A stretch of 64,000 nucleotides of DNA from Mobula hypostoma (lineage: Eukaryota): assembly GCF_963921235.1 (NCBI RefSeq), contig NC_086097.1:163620001-163684000 (forward strand), in the 5' to 3' direction. The notes beneath the pieces were generated by a model, which had not been told where the DNA came from, ran no database searches, and worked only from the letters and a program-made list of their open reading frames with translations. Position numbers and translations under genes: made by a program. Shown in pieces: positions 51,051-63,499 of the stretch; within the stretch, counting starts at the first letter, position 1; every line of letters begins with the position of its first letter.

Positions 51051-54000
51051 TACTTCATTACATTAAATCCCTTCTTCAAAGCCACCTTTGTCTTAAATGG
51101 TCAGCCGAGTTCTGAGACTTGTTTTGTTTTAACTCGCTGTATTTTCAGTCTCAACTTTAAAATTTATTGATCTTTGACTTTTCCCGGCCCTGCTGTAAGA
51201 TTATCGAGCTGACATATTAACCATGTCTCTCTCTTTACAGGTGATACCTGACAGATTGAGTATTTCCTGTATTTTCTATTTTTATTCCTTTATTTCAACC
51301 AATAGGTGCTGTGGTTGCTGTAAATTTTCCCTTTTTAAAAATTAGTTTTCTTCTTAATCAGTCCCTTAAGATCACAATGACTTCCACTCCATTTATCAGT
51401 GTTCAGAGATGCTGAAGAAGGACAGGAGTAACTTGACAGTGTAATTTAGCATGGTGCATTTCTTCTATCCTTTAATATTGTCTCTTGATTCATTCAGGCT
51501 GCTGGCAATCTGGTACAGATCACATACCATCCTAGCTCTGAATCTTCTTTCCATCGGTGGAATTAAGGCTAATAGATCATCTGTTCAGTCAGTGATCAGT
51601 TGTCAATCATACACTCACAAAGGCAAAACACTGCTCTATTATTTCTCACCCAGTCTGAGTCTAGGAGTGGAAACTGCAGTGCAGATCAGGCATTTTGACC
51701 TGGTGGTCCCCAGGTTAAGAATACCTGACTTATGGACACCTCTACATCAGAATGGGTTCCCATAATATTATAAAATTCAAAAGTCTGATGTATGCAACTA
51801 TGTGCACTTCTAAGAGTGGCAGATCTGGTTTCCCTCTTTCATCACTTGTAATTTTTCCTTTCTCATCAACCTTGGACACTTTCGATGGTATGTATCCCAA
51901 TACTGTGGAGTTACAGTTGCCAAATTAAGCAATTTTTCTGTATTTTCCAGCTTACAGAAAAAAAATGACTTATGGACATCTGTAAAAAGGGAGCCCATTT
52001 GTTACCTAAGTGTAGAAACTCTCCAGATAGTAATTTAATATCATTGTTGACAAGATCGCATGGCAAACTATAATCTACTGAGATCATGATGCTTCCTGGA
52101 TAAGAGGAAATTGGCTATGACGTGAAATTGTTGAGAGTTGTAAACACAGCCCAGACCATCATACAAATGAGTTATCACCCCAGTGACTGTTTAGCGTTCC
52201 CACTGCCTTAGGAAACCATCCATAATCCAGGAGACCACCTGTCCTGGTCACTCTCTCTTTTTCCTCCTCCCCTTGGGCAGAAGATATAAAAGCTTGAGCA
52301 CCAACCACCAGACTCAAAGACAGCTTCTATCCCACTGTTATAAGACCATAATGTACAGGAGCAGAATTAGGCCATTTGGCCCATCGAGTTTGCTTCACCA
52401 TTTCCATCATGGCTGATCATTTTTCCACTCAGCCCCAATGTTCTGTTTACCACTTGCTCCCTAACACCCCCCCCCCATATCCCTTCATGCCCTGACCAAT
52501 CAATAATCTATCAAACTCTGCCTTAAATATAGATAAAGACTTAGCCTCCACAGCTGCCTGTGGCAAAGAATTCCACAGATTCACCACTCTCTGGCTAAAG
52601 AAATTCCTCCTTACCTCCATTCTAAAAGGATGCCCCTGTATTTTGAGGCTGTGTCCTCTGGTCTTAGATGCCCCCACCACAGGAAACATCCTCTCCACAT
52701 CCACTCTAACAATGCCTTTCACCATTCAATAGGTTTCAATGAGGTCACCCCTTATTCTTCGGAATTCCAGTGAGTATTGGCCCAGAACCATCAAATGCTC
52801 TTCATATGATGAGCCATTCAATCATGGAATCATTTTCATGAAGCTCCTTTGAACCCTCTCCAGTTTCAGTGTATAATTTCTAAGAAATGGGCTCCCTAAA
52901 CAGCTCACAATACTCCAAGTAAGCCTAACCAGTAGTTTATAAAGTCTCAACATTACATCCTTGCTTTTATATTCTAATCCTTTTAAAATGAATGCTAACA
53001 TTGCATTTGCCTTGCCCACCACAGACTCAACCTGCAAACTAACCTTTAGGGAATCATGCACAAGGATTTCCAAGTCCCTTTGTGCCTCAGTTTTTAACAT
53101 TTTCTCTCATTTAGAAAATAGTCAACTCTTTCATTTCTTCTACCAAAGTGCATGACCATACATTTCCCAACACTGTATTCCATCTGCTACTCATTTGGTC
53201 ATTCTCCTAATCTCTTTAAGAACTTCTGTAGCTGCTCTGCTTCCTCAAAGCTACCCGTCCCTCCACCTATCTTTATTTGCAACAAAGTCATCAACTTTAT
53301 CATCTAAATCATTGACATATAAAGTAAAAAGAATCGATCCGAATACATACCCCTGTGGAACACCACCAGTCACTGGCAGCCACTGCTTAGTCCATGCAAG
53401 AATCTTTCCAGTAATACCATGGGCTCATAGCTTGTTAAGCAACCTCATGTGTGACACCTTATCAAAAACCTTCTGAAAATCCAAGTACACAACATCAACT
53501 GATTCTCCTTTGTCTATCCTGCTTAGTATTTCTTCAAACAGATTTGTCAGGCAAGATTTTCCCTTGAGGAAACCATGCTGACTACGGCCTATTTTATCAT
53601 ATGCCTCCAAGTACCCCAAAACCACATCTTTAGTAATCGATTCCTACATCTTCGCAATTACTCAGGTCAGACTCAACGGCCTATAATTTCCTTTCTTCTG
53701 CCTGTATCTCTTCTTAAAGAGTGGAATGACATTGCAATTTTCCAGTCTTCCAGAACCATTCCAGAGTCTGGTAATCATTGAAAGATCATTACCAATGCCT
53801 CTACGATCTTTTCAGCCACCTCTTTCAGAACCCTAGGTTGCACACCATTTGGTCCCAATGACTTATCCACCTTCAGACCTTGCAGTTTTCGAAGAACCTA
53901 CTCCCCAGTAATGCTGATTTCACACACTTCATGACCCCTGACACCTGGAGCTTCCACCATACTGCTAGTGTTTTCCACAGTGAAAAATGATGCAGCATAC

Positions 54001-54104
54001 TTACGTAAACATAAGAAATTCTGCAGATGCTGGAAATTCAAGCAACACACACCAAAGTTGCGGGTGAATGCAGCAGGCCAGGCAGCATCTCTAGGAAGAG
54101 GTAA

Positions 54105-54140
54105 AGTCGACGTTTCGGGCCGAGACCCTTCGTCAGGACT
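54105..54140 (-). ncRNA. Minimal hammerhead ribozyme, intact core
   Basis: Reverse complement agtcctgacgaagggtctcggcccgaaacgtcgact. Confidence 0.75.
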
Positions 54141-54157
54141 AGTCAAGGACTAGTCCT

Positions 54158-54193
54158 AGTCCTGACGAAGGGTCTCGGCCCGAAACGTCGACT
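54158..54193 (+). ncRNA. Minimal hammerhead ribozyme, intact core
   Basis: agtc-CTGACGA-agggtctcggccc-GAAAC-GTC-gact. Confidence 0.75.
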
Positions 54194-55100
54194 TTCCCTC
54201 TTCCTAGAGATATACATAGAACATACATAGAATAGTACAGCACAGTACAGGCCCTTCGACCCACAATGTTGGGCCGACCCTCAAACCCTGCCTCCCATAT
54301 AAGCCCCCACCATAAATTCCTCCATATACCTGTCTAGTAGTCTCTTAAACTTCACTAATGTATCTGCCTCCACCACTGACTCAGGCAGTGCATTCCACAC
54401 ACCAAACACTCTCTGAGTAAAAAACCTTCCTCTAATATCCCCCTTGAACTTCCCACCCCTTACCTTAAAGCCATGTCCTCTTGTATTGAGCAGTGGTGCC
54501 CTGGGGAAGAGGCGCTTGCTATCCACTCTATCTATTCCTCTTAATATCTTGTACACCTCTATCATGTCTCCTCCCATCCTCCTCCTCTCCAAAGAGTAAA
54601 GCCCTAGCTCTCTTAATCTCTGATCATAATGCATACTTTCTAAACCAGGCAGCGTCCTGATAATCTCCTCTGTACCCTTTCCAATGCTTCCACATCCTTC
54701 CTATAGTGAGGTGACCAGAACTGGACACAGTACTCCAAGTGTGGCCTAACCAGAGTTTTATAGAGCTACATCATTACATCGCGACTCTTAAACTTTATCC
54801 CTTGACTTATGAAAGCTAACACCCCATAAGCTTTCTTAACTACCCTATCCACCTGTGAGGCAACTTTCAGGGATCTGTGGACATGTACCCCGAGATCCCT
54901 CTGCTCCTCCACACTACCAAGTATCCTGCCATTTACTTCGTACTCTGCCTTGGAGTTTGTCCTTCCAAAGTGTACCACCTCACATTTCTCCTGGGTTGAA
55001 CTCCATCTGCCACTTCTCAGCCCACTTCTGCATCCTATCAATGTCTCTCTGCAATCTTTGACAATCCTCTACACTATCTACAACACCACCAACCTTTGTG

Positions 55101-57011
55101 TCATCTGCAAACTTGCCAGCCAACCCACCCTTCTACCCCCTCATCCAGGTCGTTAATAAAAATAATGAAAAGTAGAGGTCCCAGAACAGATCCTTGTGGG
55201 ACATCACTAGTCACCATCCTCCAATCTGAATGTACTCCCTCCACCACCACCCTCTGCCTTCTAACTTTCTGAATAAGCCTACCGTGTGGAACCTTGTCAA
55301 ATGCCTTACTAAAATCCATATAGATCACATCCACTGCACTACCCTCATCTATATGCCTGGTCACCTCCTCAAAGAACTCTATCAGGCTTGTTAGACATGA
55401 TCTGCCCTTAACAAAGCCATGCTGACTGTCCCTGATCAGACCATGATTCTCTAAATGCCTATAGATCCTGTCTCTAAGAATCTTTTCCAACAGCTTTCCC
55501 ACCACAGACGTAAGGCTCACAGGTCTATAATTACCTGGACTATCCCTACTACCTTTTTTGAACAAGGGGACAACATTCGCCTCCCTCCAATCCTCCAGTA
55601 CCATTCCCGTGGACAACAAAGACATAAAGATCCGAGCCAGAGGCTCAGCAATCTCTTCCCTAGCCTTGTGGAGCAGCCTGGGGAATATTCCGTCAGGCCC
55701 CGGGGTCTTATCTGTCCTAATGTATTTTAACAACTCCAACACCTCCTCTTCCTTAATATTAACATGCTCCAGAACATCAACCTCACTCATATTGTCCTTA
55801 CCATCATCAAGTTCCCTCTCATTGGTGAATATCGAAGAGAAGTATTCATTGAGGACCTTGCTCACTTCCACAGCCTCCAGGCATATCTTCCCACCTTTAT
55901 CTCTAATTGGTCCTACCTTCACTCCTGTTATCCTTTTTTTCTTCACATATTTGAAGAATGCCTTGGGGTTTTCCTTTACCCTACTCGCCAAGGCCTTCTC
56001 ATGCCCCCTTCTTGCTGTTCTCAGCCCCTTCTTAAGCTCGTTTCTTGCTTCCCTATATTCCTCGATAGACCCATCTGATCCTTGCTTCCTAAACCTCATG
56101 TATGCTGCCTTCTTCCACCTGACTAGATTTTCCACCTCACTTGTCACCCATGGTTTCTTCACCCTACCATTCTTTATCTTCCTCTCCGGGACAAACTTAT
56201 CCCTAACATCCCACAAGAGATCTCTAAACATCGACCACATGTCCATAGTACATTTCCCTGCAAAAACATCATCCCAATTCACACCCGCAAGTTCTAGCCT
56301 TATAGCCTCATAGTTTGCCTTTCCCCAATTAAAAATGTTCCTGTCCTCTTTGATTCTATCCTTTTCCATGATAATGCTAAAGGCCAGGGAGCGGTGGTCA
56401 CTGTCCCCCAGATGCTCACCCACTGAGAGATCTGTGACCTGACCCGGTTCATTACCTAGTACTAGGTCTAGTATGGCATTCCCCCTGGTCGGCCTGTCCA
56501 CATACTGTGACAGGAATCCGTCCTGCACACACTTAACAAACTCTGCCCCATCTAAACCCTTGGAACTAATCAGGTGCCAATCAATATTCGGGAAGTTAAA
56601 GTCACCCATGATAACAACACTGTTATTTTTGCACCTTTCCAAAATCTGCCTCCCAATCTGCTCCTCTGTATGTCTGCTGCTACCAGGGGGCCTATAGAAT
56701 ACCCCCAATAGAGTAACTGCTCCCTTCCTGTTCCTGACTTCCACCCATATTAACTCAAAAGAGGATCCTGCTATATTACCCACCCTTTCTGTAGCTGTAA
56801 TAGTATCCCTGACCAGTAATGCCACCCCTCCTCCCATTTTTCCTCCCTCTCTATCCCTTTTAAAACATTGAAATCCAGGAATATTGAGAATCCATTCCTG
56901 CCCTGGCGCCAGCCAAGTCTCTGTAATGGCCACTACATCATAATTCCATGTATGTATCCAAGCTCTCAGTTCATCACCTTTGTTCCTGATGCTTCTTGCA
57001 TTGAGGTACAC
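55101..57011 (-). pseudogene. CR1 ORF2 (APE endonuclease + reverse transcriptase), frameshifted near the FADD motif
   Basis: [58 protein letters not shown]. Confidence 0.92.
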
Positions 57012-57155
57012 ACATTTCAGCCCTTCTACCTTAACTGTCTTTATACCGTTTATTCTGCTTCTCTTTCCTCAAAGCCTGTCTGTATGTTAGATCTGGCTTT
57101 ACTCCATGCACTTCTTTCACTGCTCTATCGCTCTGGGTCCCATCCCCCTCGCAAA

Positions 57156-57858
57156 TTAGTTTAAACCCTCCCGAACCATGCTAGCAAACCTACCTGCGAG
57201 GATATTGCTCCCTCTCGAGTTCAGGTGCAACCCATCCAATCTGTACAGGTCCCACCTGCCCCAGAAGAGATCCCAATGATCTAATAATCTAAAACCCTGC
57301 TCCCTGCACCAACTCCTCAGCCACACATTCAACTGCCATCTCCTCCAATTCTTACCATCTCTGTCACGTAGCACTGGCAGCAATCCTGAGAACGCCACCC
57401 TTGAGGTCCTGTTCTTCAGCCTTCTGCCTAGTTCCTGAAACTCACACTTCAGGACCTTATCCCTCTTCCTGCCTATGTTGTTGGTCCCAACATGTATCAT
57501 GACTTCTGGTTGCTTTCCCTCTCGTACCAGGATGTCGTGCACCCGGTCAGAGACATCCCAGACCCTGGCACCCGGGAGACAACAAACCATGTGGGTGTCC
57601 TTCTCACGTCCACAAAATCTCCTGTCTGCTCCCCTGACTAGAGTCTCCAATGACGACAGCTCTCCTCTTCTCCGTCCCACCCTTCTGCACCACAGGGTCA
57701 GACTCAGTGCCGGAGGCCCTGCCACCGTGGCTCACACCTGGCCGGTCATCCCCGCCAACAGTATCCAGGACGGTAAACTTATTATTCAGGGGAATGGCTA
57801 CAGGGGTGCTCTGCACTATCTGTCTGCTCACCTTCGCTTTCCCCCCTCTGACTGTCAC
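57156..57858 (-). pseudogene. CR1 ORF1 esterase (SGNH/GDSL) domain, frameshifted
   Basis: GDS, GTN and DGLH blocks spread across ORFs 57604-57858 and 57156-57725. Confidence 0.85.
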
Positions 57859-58544
57859 CCAACAACCTGCTTCCGACTGCCTGGGTGTGACTACCTCCCT
57901 GTAGCTCTCATCTATGACTGCCTCATTCTGCCTTATGAGTCAAAGGTCATCCAGCTGCTGCTCCAGATTCCTTACACCAGCAGAATACTTACGTTCACCT
58001 GCAGAATACTTACTCGGTTTGCCGCCATTTTCTTGTCTCCCATTGCTGTCTCCTGCATCGTTTTCCAGTGATTTGATGTCCACTCTCGCCTCTCTTTTAC
58101 ACTTTATGTATTTGAAGAAACTTTTGGTATCTTCTTTGTAATGCTATACTATAGTTTCTCCTTCTCAAAATTCAGGGAGAATTCGATTAAGTTATGATCA
58201 CTTACCCCTAAGGGTTTGTTTACCTTAAGCTCTCCAATCAATTCCAATTCACGCACAACACCCAATGTAGAACAGCTGCTCCCCTAGTGGGCACAACCAC
58301 GAGCTGCTCTAAAAAGCCATCTCATAGGCATTCCGGAAATTCACTCTCTTAGAATCCTGCACCAACCCTTTTGGAATGCATTTTTTATCTCCTGTTATAA
58401 TTTGTAGGCCACATCCTTACCTACTGTCTTGGGGGTCTGTATACTACTCTCATCAGTGCCTTTTTACCCTTGCAATTCCTTAGCTCTATCCACAACGATT
58501 CAACAACTTCTGACCCTATGTCACCGCTTCCTAATGATCTAATA

Positions 58545-59884
58545 CAGGTGGCCCCTGTTTTCCGAACGTTCGCTTTACGACACCTCACTGTTACGAAAAA
58601 CCTACATTAGTTATCTGTTTTTGCTAACAGAAGGTGTTTTCACTGTTACGAAAAAAGACAGCGTGCGCCCGAACAGCCAAGCCCCTCCCCTGGAACTGCA
58701 TTCTAGCCGCCATTGCTTAATCACGTGCTTTATCTCGATTTATTTTGTGCATCCATTTGCAAGATGAGTTCTAAGATATCGGAAAAGCCTAAAAGAGCTC
58801 ATAAGGGTGTTACACTTAGTGTAAAACTAGACATAATTAAGCGTTTCGATCGTGGTGAACGAAGTAAGGACAATGTCCACGCTTTGAACTTGCCTGCGTC
58901 CGCCATTTGCACTATTTATACGCAGAGAGAAAGAATTTTGAAAGCTGTCGATGTTACTGTTGGTTCTGCTCGTAGCAAAGTGGTCTCTCTTAGTCGGCAT
59001 CCAATAATAGATAAAATGGAAAGTCTATTGCTTGAGTCGATTGATGGGCGTAGTGCTCCGTTAAGTTTTCTTATAGTAAGGAGAAATCAGTCAGTCTTTT
59101 TAATAAGCTGAAACGGAAAGCACTGGACGATGGTAATGAAAGTGTTGTGAAAGTGGAACTTAAAGGTAGTCATGGGTGGTTTGATCAGTTTCTGAGGCGA
59201 GGGCAGCTTCATAGTTTAAGAGTGGTCCCCAACCTCTGGGCCGTAGGCCAATACATTGCCGAGAAGAATGCAGTGGTGCAGTGGTATTCGGAACGCATCC
59301 AGCGTATCTTTAAGAAAAAAGCCGAAATAAACAAGCTAATCAATTAGGTGCCACCCGACACGTAAATGTCGGCCCAGATCAGAGGCGACTGCCTATTACG
59401 TCAGGTGGTTATTCGTATAAGCATGTGTTTAACTGTGACGAAACTGCAACTTATTGAAGTCTTCCTGATTCTGATAAGTGAAATTATACTGTATATACAT
59501 TATTTCTACTTTATATCGGCTGTGTATTTTTATGTGTTACTTGGTATGATTTGGCAGCTTCATAGCTTAAAGGTTACTGGAAAGAGTGTTTCTGCGGAGA
59601 GCGCTTCTGCGAGATTTTTGCTGCTCTAGACAGTGCTGCAGAGAAGTATTTCTACTTTATACAGGCTGTGAATTTATCATATCATTCCTGCTTTTACTAT
59701 ATGTTACTGTTATTTTAGGTTTTATGTGTTCTTTGGCATGATTTTGTAGGTTATTTTTGGGTCTGGGAATGCTCAAAAATTTTTCTCATATTAATAAATG
59801 GTAATTGCTTATTCACTTTACGACATTCCGACTTATGAACCGTTTCATAGGAATGCTCTACCTTCAGATAGCGGGCAAAACCTG
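58545..59884 (+). mobile_element. Internally deleted Tigger/pogo-like DNA transposon
   Basis: TA|caggt...acctg|TA; CENP-B-type HTH (VTLSVKLDIIKRFDRGE..; KGSHGWFDQFLRR). Confidence 0.9.
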
Positions 59885-60702
59885 TATCATTTTTTTACTA
59901 ACAGAGCAATGCCGTCCTCTCTACGTATCCTTTCCATACAATGTGCATCCTTGGTCATTAAGCTCATACTTGCCAATCTGTAACTGTGCTACAAGTTTAT
60001 TGATGTTATTCCATACACTGTGCACATTCATGTATTACAGCTTTAGTTCTATATTCACCTTTTCCATTTGCAACTCATCCTGTTGACTGCAATTTTGCCG
60101 CATCATCTGCCTCTCCTTGCAAGGAGTCTCATGACACATTGCTTCTGTTTATAAACCGACTACATCATCCTCTGCACTATCACTCTGGTTCCCATCCCCC
60201 GCCAAGATAGTTTAAAACCAACTCTAGCCAACCTGCCTGCAAGAATATTGGACCCCCCTCCCCCTCGGCTTCAGGTGTAACCTGTCCTTTTGTACAGGTC
60301 ATACCTTCCCCAGAAGGGATCCCAATGATCCATAAATCCGAACCCCTGCCCCTGCACCAGTTCCTCAGCCATGCATTCTCATGCCAAATCCTCCTATTCT
60401 TACCCTCACTGGCATGCAATCCAGAGATTACTACCCTGGTGGTCCCATTTCTCAGCTTTCTACCTAGCTCCCTAAAATCTCTCTTCAGGACCTCCTCACC
60501 TTGTCTTCCAATATCATTGCTCCTAATATATACCAAGACTTCCATCTACTCACCCTGACCCTTGAGAATGCTATGGACAGGATCCAATACATCCCTGATC
60601 CTGGCACCAGGGAGGTAACATACCATCCGGGTGTCCGCACCAATAGAAACTCACCTCTGTTCATCTGACTAAAAACTCTCCTATCAACGCTACGGTCCTC
60701 TT

Positions 60703-61108
60703 CAGGCCAGTGATGTTGTGGGGATGGAACTGGACTCTCTGACGGTGGTGTCTGAAAAGAGGATGCTGTCCAAGTTGCATGCCATCTTGGACAGTGTCTC
60801 CCATCCACTACATAATGTACTGGTTGGGCACAGGAGTACATTCAGCCAGAGACTCATTCCACCGAGATGCAACACAGAGCGTCATAGGAAGTCATTCCCT
60901 CCTGCGGCCATCAAACTTTACAACTCCTCCCTTAGAGGGTCAGACACCCTGAGCCAATAGGCTGGTCCTGGACTTATTTTCCTGGCATAATTTACATATT
61001 CCTATTTAACTATTTATGGTTTTATTACCATTTAATTATTTATGATGCAACTTTAACGAAAACCAATTTCCCCCGGGATCAATAAAGTACGACTGTGACT
61101 ATGACTAT
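60703..61108 (+). mobile_element. Rex1/Babar-like LINE 3' fragment
   Basis: ILDSVSHPLH..RSTFSQRLIPPRCNTERHRKSFPPAAIKLYN; 3' end gggatcaataaagtac(gactat)n. Confidence 0.85.
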
Positions 61109-61649
61109 CTGCTCTTCTGTACCACAGCACCAGATTCAGTGCCAGAGACCTAGTCACTATGGCTTCCCCCAGTAGGCCATCCTCCTCAATAGAACCTAAA
61201 GTTATATACTTATTACTGAGGGGAACGGCCATTACTGTATTCTGGAGCCTTTCTTACTATACTGCGCACTACTAGATGAAGAATGAGCAAATAAGAAGAG
61301 AGAGAGAGTAACTTACAAGACAATCTACCTCACCCAAGTCTGATGAGCCAGAGCCACTCATCCCACTCTTGAACATCTCATACACTAAAAGATGAACATC
61401 TGGACTCCGATCTCTTAATTTATCTGGTTGTTGACCTCACGGTTTATTTTTCTACGTGCAGTGTACTTTCTCTATAACTTCAACATTACATTTTGCATTC
61501 TATTTACAACCTTGATGTAATTATGTATGGCATGAATTGCCTGGATGGCGTGCAACCAAATGCTTTCCACTATATCCCAGTATTTGTGACAAGAATAAAC
61601 CAGTACTGAGTTGGACAATCTTGGATTATTTACTGTAGGCATCTAAGGT

Positions 61650-62030
61650 GATGACTTAATAAAACTATAAAAAAGATGAAAGGCATCGATAGATAGGTGG
61701 TGAGGGTCTTTTCCCAGGGTGAAAATATTCAATACTAGAGTGCATGCTTTTAAGGTGAGAAGGTATAAATTCAAAGGAGCTGTGTGGGGTGAGTTTTATT
61801 TTACAGATATTTGTGGGTGTCTTGAATGAGCTGCCAGGGGTGGTGGTGGTGGGGCAAATGTGAGAGTGTTGCTGAAGAGGCTGCATATGAATGTGCAGAG
61901 AATGGTGGAATATGGACAGTGCGTAGACATAAAGTATTAGTTCATTTAGCCATTTAATTACTGGTTTAATTAGTCTGGCACACCATCATGGGAGAAAGGG
62001 CCCGTTCCTGTGCTGCCCTATCCCATGTTC
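61650..62030 (+). mobile_element. CR1 LINE 3' fragment
   Basis: actagagtgcatgcttttaaggtgaga..tgagctgccaggggtggtgg..gggcccgttcctgtgctg. Confidence 0.6.
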
Positions 62031-62289
62031 CAGTAGGAAGGGAAAAGGGGGATATTGACAGATGTGTAGCTTAAATTGGTATCACGGTCAGCAAAGATGA
62101 GATGGGCTGAAGGGCCCATTTCTAAGTTTTAGTGCTCAATATTTTTTACGTTCTGTCACTGCAATCACAAAAATCAGGATATGTGTGGCAGTAGCATCTG
62201 TGAAGAAGGAGACATAAACAGTTTTTGAGTTTCAGAACAACAATTTAATATCAGAATATACGAAAATGTCAAAGAAGTATTACACAAAG

Positions 62290-62805
62290 TCACCAGCAGC
62301 TATTGGGAGTTTAAGAAGACCTGGTATGTCACAAAAGACTCCCTCAAATTTCTTTAAATTTGCTGTGGAGAGCATTCTGACTGGTTGCATTGCCATCTGG
62401 AATGAAGGCACAGGATCGGAAAAAGCTGCCGAGGTGGGTAGACTCAGCCGGCTCCTTCATGGGTACTGGCCTCCCCACCTTCGAGGACATCTTCAAAACA
62501 CAATGTCTCAAGAAGACAGAATTGATCATGAAAGACCATCACCATCCAGGTCATCCCCTCTTCTCGTTACTACCATCAGGGAGGAGGTACAGAAGCCTGA
62601 AGATGCACACTTGATGTTTCAGCATCAGTTTTTTCTCCTCCACCATTAGGTTTCCAAATTATCTCACTATCTCACTACTTTGCTCTGGTTTTGCATTATT
62701 TATTTATATATATTCTTATTATAATTTATCATAATTTTTAAGTATTACACAGTAAAAACAGATCTCACGTCATGTTAGTGATAATAAATCTGACTGAGAT
62801 TCTGA
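62290..62805 (+). mobile_element. Rex1/Babar-like LINE 3' fragment
   Basis: AVESILTGCIAIW; DRKKL..HPGHPLFSLLPSGRRYRSL. Confidence 0.8.
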
Positions 62806-63499
62806 ATTGCACATTAGTGACAAATGGTTTTCACCTTCAATGGGATGAAAATCAAAAGGTTGTTGGGGCAATTTGTTCCAAGTACTGCCCACATGATGCT
62901 GCTGACAATGTCTCCCTGATTTGACTGTGTCCCTTTGTTTGCATCAAAGTTTTCCTATTTCTTTTAAAAGGAGTTAAATTGTGTGCACTTTGGTTCTCCT
63001 AAAGCAGGCTATATTTCCTCTTAACGTCAGTGAGTGTCAGATTCCTGGGATGCAGGGCATGTTCTCTGAACAGAATGAGAGGTGATCTCACTTAGATTTT
63101 CAGATTCTGAGAGTGGTTGCCAAAAGACTTTATTTCTGTGCCTGGAGCATTGTCATTGGATAAGGGAGAAATTTAGTATAAGAAGCTTTTATGGAAGTCC
63201 ATGAACCCATGAATATTACATCATTATTTCTCTTTTGCATTATTTATTGATCATAACTTAGAATAATTTTTATGTTTTGCACTGTACCGCTGCTACAAAC
63301 AACAAATTTCACGACATATCTCAGTGTTAATAAAGCTGATTCTCTTGTAGAGTTTCAAACCATCGAACTCTTTCCCTTGCACAGCTCATTCATTGAATAT
63401 ATTTAAGCCTGAGATTCTGGAACCAAAGTAGAAATGGAGAGGGGGTTTGAGGTAGTATGGACTCAGGTTGCAAAGTGCATAAGGCAAAAGATCTGTGCC

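Larger units (their letters stand above)
54007..54210. mobile_element. Penelope-like mini fold-back with two back-to-back hammerheads
   Basis: 54088-54142 is inverted to 54156-54210; spacer built from ggactagtc duplications. Confidence 0.9.
54211..57975 (-). mobile_element. Young, nearly full-length CR1 LINE (ORF1 SGNH esterase + ORF2)
   Basis: 636-aa open ORF2 segment; ORF1 RRAVVIGDS..CCLPGARV..IHVGTNNI..DGLHLN; 3' tail at 54211-54240. Confidence 0.95.
52345..61240 (-). mobile_element. Older CR1 LINE (ORF1 esterase remnant + ORF2) hosting nested PLE, CR1, Tigger and Rex1 insertions
   Basis: ORF2 motifs at 52447-53900 and 58010-58540; esterase-like ORF1 (NDIGR..VVISGL..NAWLRNWCR) at 60180-60545. 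Confidence 0.85.

Noticed and set aside
55558..56313. 251-aa + strand ORF
   Set aside because: Antisense shadow of CR1 ORF2.
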